A stretch of DNA of 64,000 bases. It comes from Paramoeba atlantica. Its lineage: Eukaryota; Protista; Discosea. Each line of letters begins with the position of its first letter. Position 1 is the stretch's first letter. The stretch lies in NCBI GenBank assembly GCA_977017575.1, contig CDRNVI010000067.1:1-64000 (forward strand). Reading direction: 5' to 3'. The notes beneath the pieces were generated by a model. It was given only the letters and a program-made list of their open reading frames with translations. It had not been told where the DNA came from and did not search any database. Position numbers and translations under genes: made by a program. Of the stretch, positions 42,547 through 52,997 are shown piece by piece.

Positions 42547-43155
42547 ATGTTTCTCACAGATCTGCAAAGTCGTGTACCTACAAATCCAGGTTTTTTGTGC
42601 CGTGACACTCACCCCCCTTTAGCAGGTAAGGTACGTGGAGTTCAACTTCCTTCGGAATATGAACTTGCTCGTTTTGTTCAGACCTTCGCAAATAGACATC
42701 CCACATGGGACGCATCGGTATCAACAGGTTCCTGGAAAGGTGTTGTGTGCGACAAGAACGAAAATGTGCAAGATATTTATTGGTATGGATATAAACTTAA
42801 TGGAAACGTTTCATGGGAATATATTCCGAACTCTGTAAAACACCTAAGTTTGGCGAACAATGAGCTTCATGGCTCGGTTGATATCGTTGCATTGCCACGA
42901 AATATGAAGGGGTTGCAGCTACAAGAAAACGAGTTTTCTGGAGTACTTGAGCTTGAGGCACTGCCGCCTACCATCACGGACGCAAACTTTTCTTTGAATA
43001 AATTTAGTGGGACGGTCGACTTGTGTCATTTACCGCATAGTATGAAAGAATTACGTTTAAATGATAACATAGACCTTTCCGGTTTTGTATACATACGTGA
43101 CCTTCCGGATTCACTTAGGACGTTTGGGTGGCAAAGAACTAATATATTGGTCTGA
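42547..43155 (+). CDS. Short LRR protein (GxxRGxxLPxEYxL family)
   Basis: AGKVRGVQLPSEYELARFV, SWKGVVC cap, VSWEYIPNSV, LPxxLxxLxLxxN repeats. Confidence 0.87.
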   Translation: MFLTDLQSRVPTNPGFLCRDTHPPLAGKVRGVQLPSEYELARFVQTFANRHPTWDASVSTGSWKGVVCDKNENVQDIYWYGYKLNGNVSWEYIPNSVKHLSLANNELHGSVDIVALPRNMKGLQLQENEFSGVLELEALPPTITDANFSLNKFSGTVDLCHLPHSMKELRLNDNIDLSGFVYIRDLPDSLRTFGWQRTNILV

Positions 43156-43978
43156 ACCTTAAAGTTTAATATCGGGAGGTGGTTCGCTCAAAACCAACTT
43201 TCGATACCTTTTTGCTGACAATATCTGCGAAGAATTCGATGGAAAATATCTGTATGCAACACTATTTCTTCATTCATACATCGGGGTTCCATGGAACACG
43301 GAACACTGTTCCGGGAACAGGAATATCGCTGTCCCGCATTTCGGTCCTATTCAAAAAAATTGGGGTACGAGGACACTTCCGTGAGTACTCATCAAAACGC
43401 CCACGTGTCAAAACGAAAATCATTGAAACGAAAGAAACTCATCGAAGGTGATTTTAATTACTTTTGAGGTGGTTTTCGACTCGGGAGTAAACGCATGTGC
43501 AGTCATGATGATGGCTAGGCCATTTGTCACGTAGGGATGTGGGTGCAGTCATGAAAAAAAAACGTTACGAAAAAAAAATGTAGAAACGTGAAAGCAAAAT
43601 AATATCCGTGACTCTTATTAGAAATGTGATTTTCCATTGATTTAAAGATCGTGATACCATATTAAATATAGAAGCGCGCGCAAGTTAATCAAAAAATTAC
43701 CTGGACAAAGAAATCCTAGGATTCGCACGGCACCAAGAAAACCACAGAAAACTCAGATACGAGACAAAAGAATATGCGCAAAAAACCGTTGCTGTGGACG
43801 GAAAAGCTCGGAAGGCGGGGGTCGCTAAGCCCCTGCATTGTATACAATGCCCCTGGCCTATGGCCACTTTACAGTAGCCATGAAAAAAATATGTGCAGAA
43901 AATAGAATTGTAGATCTAAAATTATAATAACACCTAAACCGTTGCTTCGCAGCCCGATTAACCCGGGGTGCGGAAATA

Positions 43979-44910
43979 AACCCCCGCTCACGAATAAGTG
44001 ACCCCCCCTTATTTTTAGCACATGGGGGCGTGGGTGGGTTATCATACCACGGTTTCGTTCAAAATTTCGAGATCTGCACGTTCCCGCTGTTTTTAGCTCA
44101 TTTTAAAATTTTAAAATTTAGTCAAAAAAAATAATTGGCTTTTCAACTTTTTCTTCCAAAAATGACCAAATCACCATATCGGCTTCCAAAAGGGGCGCTT
44201 ACGGATAGTGGTAAGGTTCTTTTGAAGATGAGACATGCAGAAGGTGTTCCGATAAAACAATTATCCCGTGATTTTAACGTCTCTAGAAGGATAATCAAAA
44301 AATATCTGAACGAAAAAAAATCTAGCGGGGAATACACTTTGAGTCCTGTGGGTGGAGGTATTTGTTTATTCTACCAAATGACACATCTATTACAAGTAAG
44401 ACGTACATAGAAACATCAAAACAGGTAGATTTCCCCCCTAATAGTGTATTTCAACAGGATGGGGCAACGGCACATACTGCCCGTGCCTCCAAAGAGTATA
44501 TTGAGAATCGAATGAGTGATGTTCTAAGAAACTGGCCCCCCAACTCGCCCGACCTTTCCCCCATAGAAAACGTCTGGTCTATGGTCCAAGAGGCGGTAGA
44601 CGAACAAACGCCATCGGACAAGCCTTCACTTATCCGATGTGTACGTAAAGCATGGTCTTCTTTAACTCAAAAAGTGATCGACAAAACAGTATTAAGTTTT
44701 GATTCTCGACTTAAGGAGTGTATAAGATTGAAGGGCGAAAAAGTAAAAAAATGTTAATTCTTCTCTAAATTGTGCGTATTCGTTTCTTTTTGTCTCATTT
44801 CTTCACGCGCAAAGTCCTTGTGTTGAGATCTGCAAAATGCAACAAAAATCAGCTCAAACGGACATTTGTACGAAAAAAAAGTGGGGGGTCACTTTTCGTG
44901 AGCGGGGGTT
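43979..44910 (+). mobile_element. 932-bp internally deleted Tc1-like element (DD35E) with TA TSD
   Basis: ta|AACCCCCGCTCACGAATAAGTGACCCCCC ... GGGGGGTCACTTTTCGTGAGCGGGGGTT|ta. HTH (VPIKQLSRDFNVSRRII) is joined to FQQDGATAH...NWPPNSPDLSPIENVW. Confidence 0.9.
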
Positions 44911-44957
44911 TATATGTAAATACGGATTTAAGCTTCATTTCGGGAGTCATGCGAGGC

Positions 44958-45139
44958 AACCCAGGGCAAAGTGGACGAGGGAGATACCAATAGTTTAGCT
45001 GCGGCAGTTTCCAAAGGAAAAACGGCATCTCTACCGTTTTAGGCGCTTGCCTTCATGCCATAAGGGAGATACTGTTTTTCCTTTGGAAACTGCCGCACCT
45101 AAACTTTTGGTATCTCCCTCGTCCACTTTGCCCTGGGTT
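44958..45139. mobile_element. Palindromic MITE (~73-bp arms, ~35-nt loop)
   Basis: aacccagggcaaagtggacgagggagatacc...ggaaaaacggcatctc / gagatactgtttttcc...ccactttgccctgggtt. Confidence 0.85.
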
Positions 45140-45469
45140 ACATAGGAAAAACATGTTCCCTAGGACTCCATACAGCTTCCCACGCGAGGAAGTCGTCGTC
45201 TCTGCGGCAAAAAGGCGGAAGGCTCCGCCTTCTGCCTTTTGCCTTGCGCCTCCCCCTTCCTCTACGGTCTTGCGTATCCCAAACTTCAAGTTGCAAAAAT
45301 CATACGTGGGAAATTCGGGTTTGTAAATCGCTTCCGAAGGGGGTCTCGAGTCGTCCAAAAGGTGCGTTTTTCTTTCCTAAAATTCTTCTTTCCTTATGGT
45401 GCTGCCTTTGGTTCTTTGCGAAAAAAACCTTTTCCGGAAAAACTTTTTTCGGGCCAAATTTTATTAATA

Positions 45470-45760
45470 CTGGGTAGCGAGGGAGTAGTATCTCCCTCAA
45501 TAAGGTAGTTATTTGTTCTTTGGTTATCGGGCGCGCCTGTCGCAGCGGTATCGACGCGCTGGACCGGACCAGCGTCTTTGCTAGCAACTCCGAATGGGTT
45601 GCCGGTCTTTGCGCTTTTGTTAGCACTGAAATGAGGTGCTTCAAGTAGGTGTGTTTGTTCTGTATTGTCACCTGCAGTCCCGAGATAAACGACACCAGGT
45701 TGTCGTCCTTTAGATGACTTTTAACGAATATACATTTGTAACTAAATTTTGTAGAACGCA
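45470..45760 (-). pseudogene. Possible tyrosine-recombinase N-terminal fragment (TATE/VIPER/DIRS-like)
   Basis: YLKHLISVL...LAKTLVRSSASIPLRQARPITKEQITTLL resembles the 'A..P.RQA.PIT.E' segment preceding YR catalytic domains. No catalytic residues seen. Confidence 0.35.
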
Positions 45761-45805
45761 CCGAAAAAAGATTTAAATTGGCTGATAAAACAAAAATATG
45801 GCTAC

Positions 45806-46657
45806 TCATGCCAACTTATGCCAATTCATGCCAACTTGTGCCAATTCATGCCAACTCATGCCAACCAAGACTTGCACAGTCTCCTTTGAATGAGGCAGTA
45901 TCAGCCTATTAGTGCGACTGTCATAAAACCTCCCATCCGCAAGAGCGCGAAGATTGCATTTCGACAAAAAACTGAGGACCCCGCTGTGATCTTGAATAAC
46001 TGCATCCGAAGATGCTCCACAATACAAAGTGTCAGATGTGAAGCAAACAAATCCTGACATTGTACACGCCACGAGAGCCTTAACTACGTGCGTAGCGTAC
46101 TTTGGCTGGTAACAACGAGGTAAGCTATCAACAAAAAGAAGGACAGTGCCCAAAGCCACTGTAACATCTTTATCCCAGAAAGGAAATGCAGTGTTAGCTT
46201 CGTGAAAAAGAATATCAGAGTCAAGGGACAACCAAGATTCTTTCATATTCTGATACATTTTCTTGAAAAAAGCCGGTATTTTGTCGGCACAAGAGCGTTC
46301 AGACCATCCTGGGCCAAATTTTAACAGCATAAGTTCAGAGGTGATGTCGTAACTACCCCCGCATCGTAAAAAAAGAAAGCTGGCAAAAATTTCCTCGAAA
46401 GGGTAAAAATGCCTTAGCAGGGCAAGAACTCGGTGGCTTAGCCCACAGAGAGAAAGCTCAGAATACTTCATCTCATATGGGGCATCAGGTTCACGTGCAT
46501 CCGGTTCCACATCAGATTCAGATGGAGGGACAGAGAAAGGTTCGGGATTCGAGCCACTACTCAGCGCCGAGGTATCTGAAAAGGGCACCATAAAGATAAA
46601 AGAACAGAACAGAAGAGCAATGTAGTCTTTGTTAATAACAATACGTTTTAAAACCAT
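45806..46657 (-). pseudogene. ISL2EU/PIF-Harbinger-like (DDE_Tnp_4) transposase remnant, copy 1
   Basis: FLFLRCG (HTH_Tnp_4-like), Y.PKYATHVVKALVACTMSGFVCFTS, GASSDAVI..SGVL, LADGRF..LILP. Truncated at a catgccaact decamer repeat. First D is G in this copy. Confidence 0.7.
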
Positions 46658-46917
46658 GTGTCAAGGAAATAGCATTTTAATACACAATATAAATTATTTG
46701 TATATCTTGAACATAATGTACATAAACTGTTGTATCTTAAACTTGCTTGAACAATCTTATCTTGCACTTACAATGCTTCCTTTTCCATGCCTTACAGCTT
46801 TACTTTACTTACTGTTTTTAAAGTGAAGAGTATGTGGAGAACGGGTTTAGGCAATACTGTCGCTCCGATGACGTTTCGGACCGCTAACCTCGTTTCTTCC
46901 ATTTGTATCGCGTATTT

Positions 46918-47541
46918 CTACGATTTCAACCTCAGCTTCTGCGGAGATGGAACTACGAGGCGGAGGTCTCGCAACGTGGAAGAGGTGGAAGTTGTCAGTC
47001 TTTCGGTCTTTGATGATGCGACGTTGCAGAAGGTCATCTTTAAGGGATTAGACTTCACTTGCTTCCAGTGTTGCCGAAAGTTTATCCTTGACATCACCTT
47101 GAATTTGATGAACAAACTTTCGATCAACTTCAAGGTTTGCATCCCCCAAAGTCGATAAAAAGCTTTCCACCAAAGCTACTTGATCGTCGCGTAGTCTCTT
47201 TTTCTCGTTCGCACGCACACCTTCGTACATGCGCCACATGTTTCGAAGAAATTCTTGCAAGGAGTTGCGTTCTTCGGGGTGAAGAGGGTGGTTGAAGTAT
47301 GCGCATATTGCTTCCGCAGAGAGAGAGAGATGGCACTGGGCAGAAGTCGTTCCGAGTCCTGTGGAGCATTGCATAGAGGACAGTAGTTCGTTCCTATGAT
47401 TACCGAGACCCTTTGACATTGGATGCAAGGATCTTTTGCATCACTTTTAATGGTGCATGCACACATTACACACCGTATAGGTTCCCCCAAAGATACGTGG
47501 CGGTCCACCTTGCAGCGAGGACAATACATTTTTCCCATCAC
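46918..47541 (-). pseudogene. Cys-rich (4x CxxC) zinc-ribbon ORF with frameshift(s), upstream of the Harbinger-like transposase
   Basis: CPRC, CVMC, CIQC, CPLC. The frame appears to shift at the (GA)n run ~47320-47331 into a helical segment (NSLQEFLRNMWRMYEG...). Confidence 0.45.
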
Positions 47542-47689
47542 AATAAATTTGAATAGGTGGAGAGTTCGAATCTAGAAAATAATAATAATGATTATCATTT
47601 TGCATCACAAGGGAGCAACGTTTAAGAAATAGCAGTAACAATCCATATTTGATCAACTAAACTTATACTAAATGATCAACAAAGACCAG

Positions 47690-48520
47690 TATCAGTGCTA
47701 CACTTTGGCCCACCATGGCCCCTAGTGGCCCACCGTGACCCCGAGTGGACCCGGGTGGACCCGAAAAAGACGCCAAATTGCAGGGGGTCCACTACAATCC
47801 AGTGCCAACTTGTGCCAGCCAGTGCAAGCCACAACGGCCATTATTCTAGGGGACCCCACTCGCACCTTTATCTGGCATAAAAAGTGGCCACTTATATTGC
47901 ATACTAATCTGCACCTTTATATTGCATAATGCACCTTTACATATATATTAAGCTGCACTTTTATATTGGATAAATTCTGCACCTTTATCTGGCATAAAAG
48001 TTGGAAAAAAATCGAGCTCTTAAATTTTTTTCGAGCCCGTAGAAATTTTTCGACCCCTTAAAAAAATTCACCCCTTAAAAAGTATGATCATTTTTCGTTG
48101 GTTTTCGCGAAATTTGAGGTTGACTGGAAATTTTAGGTTTTTCACGTTGCCAAAAAATGGAAATAAATAAATTCACTTTTGCTCCCGGTGAGGCCCCGGA
48201 GTTGCAAGAGGGCACCCGGACATTTATAATGCATATTAAGCTGCACATTGCTAATGCATATAGCACATTTATAATGCATATAGCACATTTATAATATATA
48301 TCACAATAGTGAATTTCTTTGACACCTCAACTTAATTTTTTTTGCAGCATTCACCAGTTTATGTCGCAGACGGGTAAACAAGGTCTGGGTTTATTGGCCC
48401 GGCCGGCCCCTCCGTGCGTTCGACCTCTCATATTCCCCAAAACAACTACCACCTTCCCCCCATTTATCAGGGGTCGCTCACGCGACCCCCGTTAAATAGG
48501 GGGGGAGGTTGTCACTCAGA
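47690..48520. repeat. Composite repeat (ATGCAT/gcaccttt minisatellites, ctcccggtgaggccccggag motif, terminal hairpin)
   Basis: 48181-48210 matches 58006-58037 and 60070-60100(-). 48385-48515 is the inverted copy of 58050-58172. Confidence 0.65.
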
Positions 48521-49456
48521 TTCGTCCTGTACTACAATCTTGCTGAAGGTAATGTTTCAGTTTCATACGGGGCGAGCCGGCAGAGCATTTTCCTGTCGTA
48601 TGACGACCGTTATCAACGGCCATTACAGCGCATTCAACGCCGGTCGTACGCAGAGATTCGGCCGGCTATGTCTCTACTTCGTTGACCCGTCAGCGAGTGT
48701 GATTTGATCAACGCTAAGACCTGTTACATTTGCGATCTGCAAAACTGTAGAGGAAGGAGGAGGCGCAAGGCAAAAAGCAGAAGGCGGAGCCTTCTGCCTT
48801 TTTGCCGTAGCGACGACGACTTCCTCGCATAGGAATCTGTAAGGATCCCAACAACAACAAGGAGCCTAGGATCTGCTTTGGAACCGCGGAATTGGGGAGC
48901 TGTTAGGATTGGGTGAAAATTATAATTCCTGAAAATCTTTCATCGACTCTGAGACCCAGCTGCGGTTCCGCTCTTCGGTCAAAGGGCCCCGAGAATATGG
49001 TCTAGGAGTTCTTTAATGTGCGGTGATTGTCCGGCTTTAGTACGACTGGTTTACCTTCAGGAAACATGGTTATTTTAGCCGGGGAGGCCGGTCTTCGCGC
49101 CTTGTAAGGGAGAGGCGTGGCCGGTTTACTGGACCCAAAGTGGCATGAAGAACACTTCGTGTGTTTCATTTTGAATGGAGAAAAATGTTTATTGCAGACA
49201 GCACAAGGCTTTTTGAGTTGGAAGGCCTCAGCGGTAAGGAGGATTTCTTTTTAAAGTCTGGATCTGGAAGGCCAGTGTTCTCATGCTATGCTCCAGGAGA
49301 GCTATGGTCTATTTCTTATCACTGGGGCCACGTTTCTTGCTCTGTTGAGCACACTTTTCGCAGAAACGGTGATGGGGGAGATGGGGGACGAAGTATGTCT
49401 CACAATCTGAACATACTCATGTAGAGATCGTGAAAAACGTGTCATGATAAAAAAAT

Positions 49457-49489
49457 CAACAAGGTACAGAAACTGTATCTTTATCGTTA
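49457..49489 (-). other. Spliced-leader (mini-exon)-like sequence without following GT intron
   Basis: Minus strand reads TAACGATAAAGATACAGTTTCTGTACCTTGTTG: kinetoplastid SL core ACAGTTTCTGTAC, upstream TAACG and a 7-nt tail ending TTG. Followed by ATTTTTTTATCATG, not GT. Confidence 0.55.
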
Positions 49490-49627
49490 AAAAATATAGT
49501 TTTGAGGAAAAATGTTTAGGGTCATTTATGAAAATTAATGAGGGGGGGAGTATATAAAACGTTTAGAGACATTTTTTACTATACGGGTTGTTAATTGTGT
49601 AAACGTTTTGGCAGAAAGGATTGTACT

Positions 49628-52156
49628 ATGATGCCAGTGCACTCGAATTCGATGCCCCAGCCAGCCGAAAATCCACACGTACAATTTCCAATCGAAATTT
49701 TCTGCGAACACGTTGAACGCAGAATGCTATGGCAAAAAAACATCAAAAGAAATTTACCCGCACTGTGTCCTTCAGGTGACACCTCGGTGTCAGTTTCATT
49801 TCCTGCTGTCCTTAAAATAGCCTACCCAGTATTTACGGTTCAATGGATAAACTCTACCGTTTTACTGGTAGCGGGGGGTGGAGGCCGTTCATTTGGGATT
49901 CCCAATGCCGTGCAGTACATATTTTTGCATCCTAGCCGGACGCCACCAATCTCGAATGAACATCGACTTCCTACTGAAGTTGCCCCACAAACCGACCGAG
50001 TGGCAGGCACCAAGAAGGGAGTACCTACTGATGACTGTACTCTACAGGTTTCCACAGTTTCACTGTCGCGACACCAATCTGTGTGGGATTCACTAACCAC
50101 GCAAATACCAGACGAGAGACATGATTATGGTCTGGAACCAAATTCCACTCGTATACCTTGCCTCTCTTCTACGTTTCTTTCCGCACTCAGCCACCCAAAA
50201 GGTCTTTCTTTCCGAACGATGGAGTTAGCCGCTTCGTGTAGTCGACACACGAACAAGGAAGACGGTCAACGAAGCAGTGTAAGAAACCCTGTTTTCGACT
50301 CCCAGGAAATCAACGTTCTCGACCTCACCTCTACTTCTCTCATGCAGCCCAATAAAAAGTGCATTGCCTTGGTGTCTGTCCAACACGCGGACCCTTGCGG
50401 GCGTATGACAACGCTGGTTCGCTATGTCCTCTCCCAAGACGATGGCGGAATAAAGGTGATCGAGGTCAGCCTCGTGGCATCTCGCACGGAAAACACACAA
50501 TCGTCTACTTTGTCTTCCTCTGCCCGTATTTCATCTACGTCTTCTACTCTATCACACCTTCATGCGACATATCTCCCCTGTGAGAAGCGAAGTTGTCGAG
50601 CTCGACGCCATCACTTTCTTTCCAGTCCTAATCGCTGTTCATACGCCACAAAAGAAGCCACTACAGAGTCAAAAGAGGATCCAGAATCCAAAACCCCCCT
50701 TTCCCCGTCTCAACAGGAGTTGCGGAGAAATAGTCGGAGAGACCATGCTGCATCGAAAGACGATCCCAGGAGAGAATTGGACCGGAACACTATTGCGAAT
50801 ATTTACCAGGACGATGAACTTCCCACCGGGTTGCGTTCCGAGTCTCACACCTCTTACTGTTGCGGGTGTGAGGAAAGTCCATCGAATCATGATACCCCTT
50901 CGACACGCCTGGCACCTTCCCGTTCACTTCCCTACGTACTGGATATGAACACTTTCCTAGGAAGAGGTGCCGGCTTCGAGCAAAGGCGCAGCGAGAACCC
51001 AGACACGAATCTTCACGCTAAGTGCAGCTCTAGGACTTCGGCGAAAACCTTGTCAGAGTCTTCCCTTGGCGAGTCCAACATATCAGAGAGTAGAACATAC
51101 CCACGTAGCACATGCATTCAAACACTCCTGGCCGTCACTAGTTCTCGTGGAGGGGTGTTTCTGTACGTTCTGTGCCCTGCCTGCGCGGCCATGACCCTGC
51201 TGTGTAGTTACCACACCCTCCCCCCGGAACTCAGCTCTCCTCACGGTGTGTCCACTTCCCTTGTCCCTTCCTCCTGGTTAGCATCTCGAAAGCCAACCTC
51301 TTCCTCACCCGTGCGTTGGTCACACTGCCGATTTGATCCACAAAACGGAGAGACGCTTTACGTGGTGCTCAACCACACATCCACCGGGAGTGTGCTGCTG
51401 GTGTTGGGGCTCGAGCGTGCGCACACGACTTACTCGCCTTTGACAAAGCCACCCACGCCCCATTTCTGCGACACAGAGAACAGTTTTGAAAACCAACACA
51501 TCCGACTACGGTACGTCCGTAGCTCGTTTTTAAGCAAGGACAGTGTCACAGCATTGACCTTTTTTCCTGCGTTGCTGGAACAAAGCGACGCATTACCTTT
51601 GGCGTGTACGCCGTCATCTGTGTCACCTCTTCGCTCCAACGACACAGAACACAAATTCTTGACTTGTACTTCGTGTACACACGAGATGAGGTGGTCCCCA
51701 CCCCGGACTTTTACGTCAAAAAAGAAAACGACAACACAACCAACCCCTTATGGATTGCTTCTCGGCACCAGCGAAGGGACCGTTTTTCGCGTGTACCTCC
51801 CCTGGGGGGTCTGCCTGGGACCTCACGCCCGGCTCCATCACGCCCCCATCACGAGCCTATCCCTCTCTTGTGTGGAGCACGGCGACGGGGGTGAGAAGCC
51901 TTTTGTTCCGAGTCCCACAGCCCGGTGTACAACGACTCCACTGCTTGCCAGTGCGGATCTCACACGCGTTGTGCGACTGACACCGCTGAGTGCCACTGAG
52001 TCGTTTGCGACGCGTTGGGTGGAATACCTCACAAAAAGTCAGAGGGAGGCTTGTATGATGGTCCTGACCAGAACGACATGGGTGGTTGCCCTTCTCCTGT
52101 GGTGGGTACTGCTGCCACTAATTGGGACGTTCCTCGTATTACGACTGTATGGATAA
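49628..52156 (+). CDS. SEC12/PREB-like WD40 Sar1 GEF with large insertions and C-terminal TM
   Basis: YPVFTVQW...LLVAGGGGRSFGIPN (K-loop GGGG motif), WD-like blades (LLLGTSEGTV, LHHAPITSLSL, LASADL), C-terminal hydrophobic anchor. Confidence 0.65.
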   Translation: MMPVHSNSMPQPAENPHVQFPIEIFCEHVERRMLWQKNIKRNLPALCPSGDTSVSVSFPAVLKIAYPVFTVQWINSTVLLVAGGGGRSFGIPNAVQYIFLHPSRTPPISNEHRLPTEVAPQTDRVAGTKKGVPTDDCTLQVSTVSLSRHQSVWDSLTTQIPDERHDYGLEPNSTRIPCLSSTFLSALSHPKGLSFRTMELAASCSRHTNKEDGQRSSVRNPVFDSQEINVLDLTSTSLMQPNKKCIALVSVQHADPCGRMTTLVRYVLSQDDGGIKVIEVSLVASRTENTQSSTLSSSARISSTSSTLSHLHATYLPCEKRSCRARRHHFLSSPNRCSYATKEATTESKEDPESKTPLSPSQQELRRNSRRDHAASKDDPRRELDRNTIANIYQDDELPTGLRSESHTSYCCGCEESPSNHDTPSTRLAPSRSLPYVLDMNTFLGRGAGFEQRRSENPDTNLHAKCSSRTSAKTLSESSLGESNISESRTYPRSTCIQTLLAVTSSRGGVFLYVLCPACAAMTLLCSYHTLPPELSSPHGVSTSLVPSSWLASRKPTSSSPVRWSHCRFDPQNGETLYVVLNHTSTGSVLLVLGLERAHTTYSPLTKPPTPHFCDTENSFENQHIRLRYVRSSFLSKDSVTALTFFPALLEQSDALPLACTPSSVSPLRSNDTEHKFLTCTSCTHEMRWSPPRTFTSKKKTTTQPTPYGLLLGTSEGTVFRVYLPWGVCLGPHARLHHAPITSLSLSCVEHGDGGEKPFVPSPTARCTTTPLLASADLTRVVRLTPLSATESFATRWVEYLTKSQREACMMVLTRTTWVVALLLWWVLLPLIGTFLVLRLYG

Positions 52157-52421
52157 AGGGAAGAAAAAAATAATGTTGGTAAATTGTTGTTTAGTTAAAT
52201 ATTAGCTACTCAACTAGGTTTACGCAATTAACGAGAGTAAAAAGGAGGTGCTGTACTCATGTTGTTTATCTTGCTTGTCACGAAATATCGTCAAAAAGCG
52301 AATCACTTCGCCTTATTCATAGTAGGACAGCTACTAGTACTTTTGGTTCCAACTAAAATTCTTCTACTCTTACTAAAATTTCAGGTTTTCTAAGATTTCC
52401 TATACTGTTTTGGCGAAAAGG

Positions 52422-52997
52422 ATGGATATTTCTGTGATTTCAACTTCGCGTGCAGGTAAAGTCAGGGGCATGAAATTACCATTAGAGTACGACCTTGCCA
52501 AATTCATTAGTGAAATTGAAAATCCGTATCCCTCATGGAGTACTGCTACGCCTGCCTGTGAGTGGGATGGAGTGAAGTGCAACGATAAGGGTGATGTTAC
52601 TGAAATCAATTGGAGTTCTCGACAGTTACGTGGTGTGTTGCATTGGGAACATCTACCCCAATCACTTATTTTGTTGAACATTCATAACAACCAGCTCTGC
52701 GGCAACGTAGATTTTTCTGCGCTACCCCGGGGATTGCAGAGAATGTGGATTGGTGAAAATTTGTTTAGCGGAGAATTGCATTTTAAAGATCTTCCTCCCA
52801 CGGTTACTGTTTTGAATGCGTCGAGTTGTCGTTTCAGCGGTCATGTCGACTTTTTAAGCATTCAACATTCATCTCTTGCAAAAACCGCGTCAGGTTTCGA
52901 CCTACTGAATAACCCTGCTCTAAAGGGTACAGTCTCCAGAAACGTAATTCCTCAAGATGCTTATTGGGGGATTCCCGACTCATGGATTAAAGAATAA
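52422..52997 (+). CDS. Short LRR protein (GxxRGxxLPxEYxL family)
   Basis: AGKVRGMKLPLEYDLAKFI, CEWDGVKC cap, LHWEHLPQSL. Confidence 0.87.
   Translation: MDISVISTSRAGKVRGMKLPLEYDLAKFISEIENPYPSWSTATPACEWDGVKCNDKGDVTEINWSSRQLRGVLHWEHLPQSLILLNIHNNQLCGNVDFSALPRGLQRMWIGENLFSGELHFKDLPPTVTVLNASSCRFSGHVDFLSIQHSSLAKTASGFDLLNNPALKGTVSRNVIPQDAYWGIPDSWIKE

Noticed and set aside
48975-49150. RNase MRP CR-I (aaagggccccg) or ingi/L1Tc 77-nt signature (gggtccagta on the minus strand)
   Set aside because: No matching P4 partner strand; signature pieces are short and in the wrong order.
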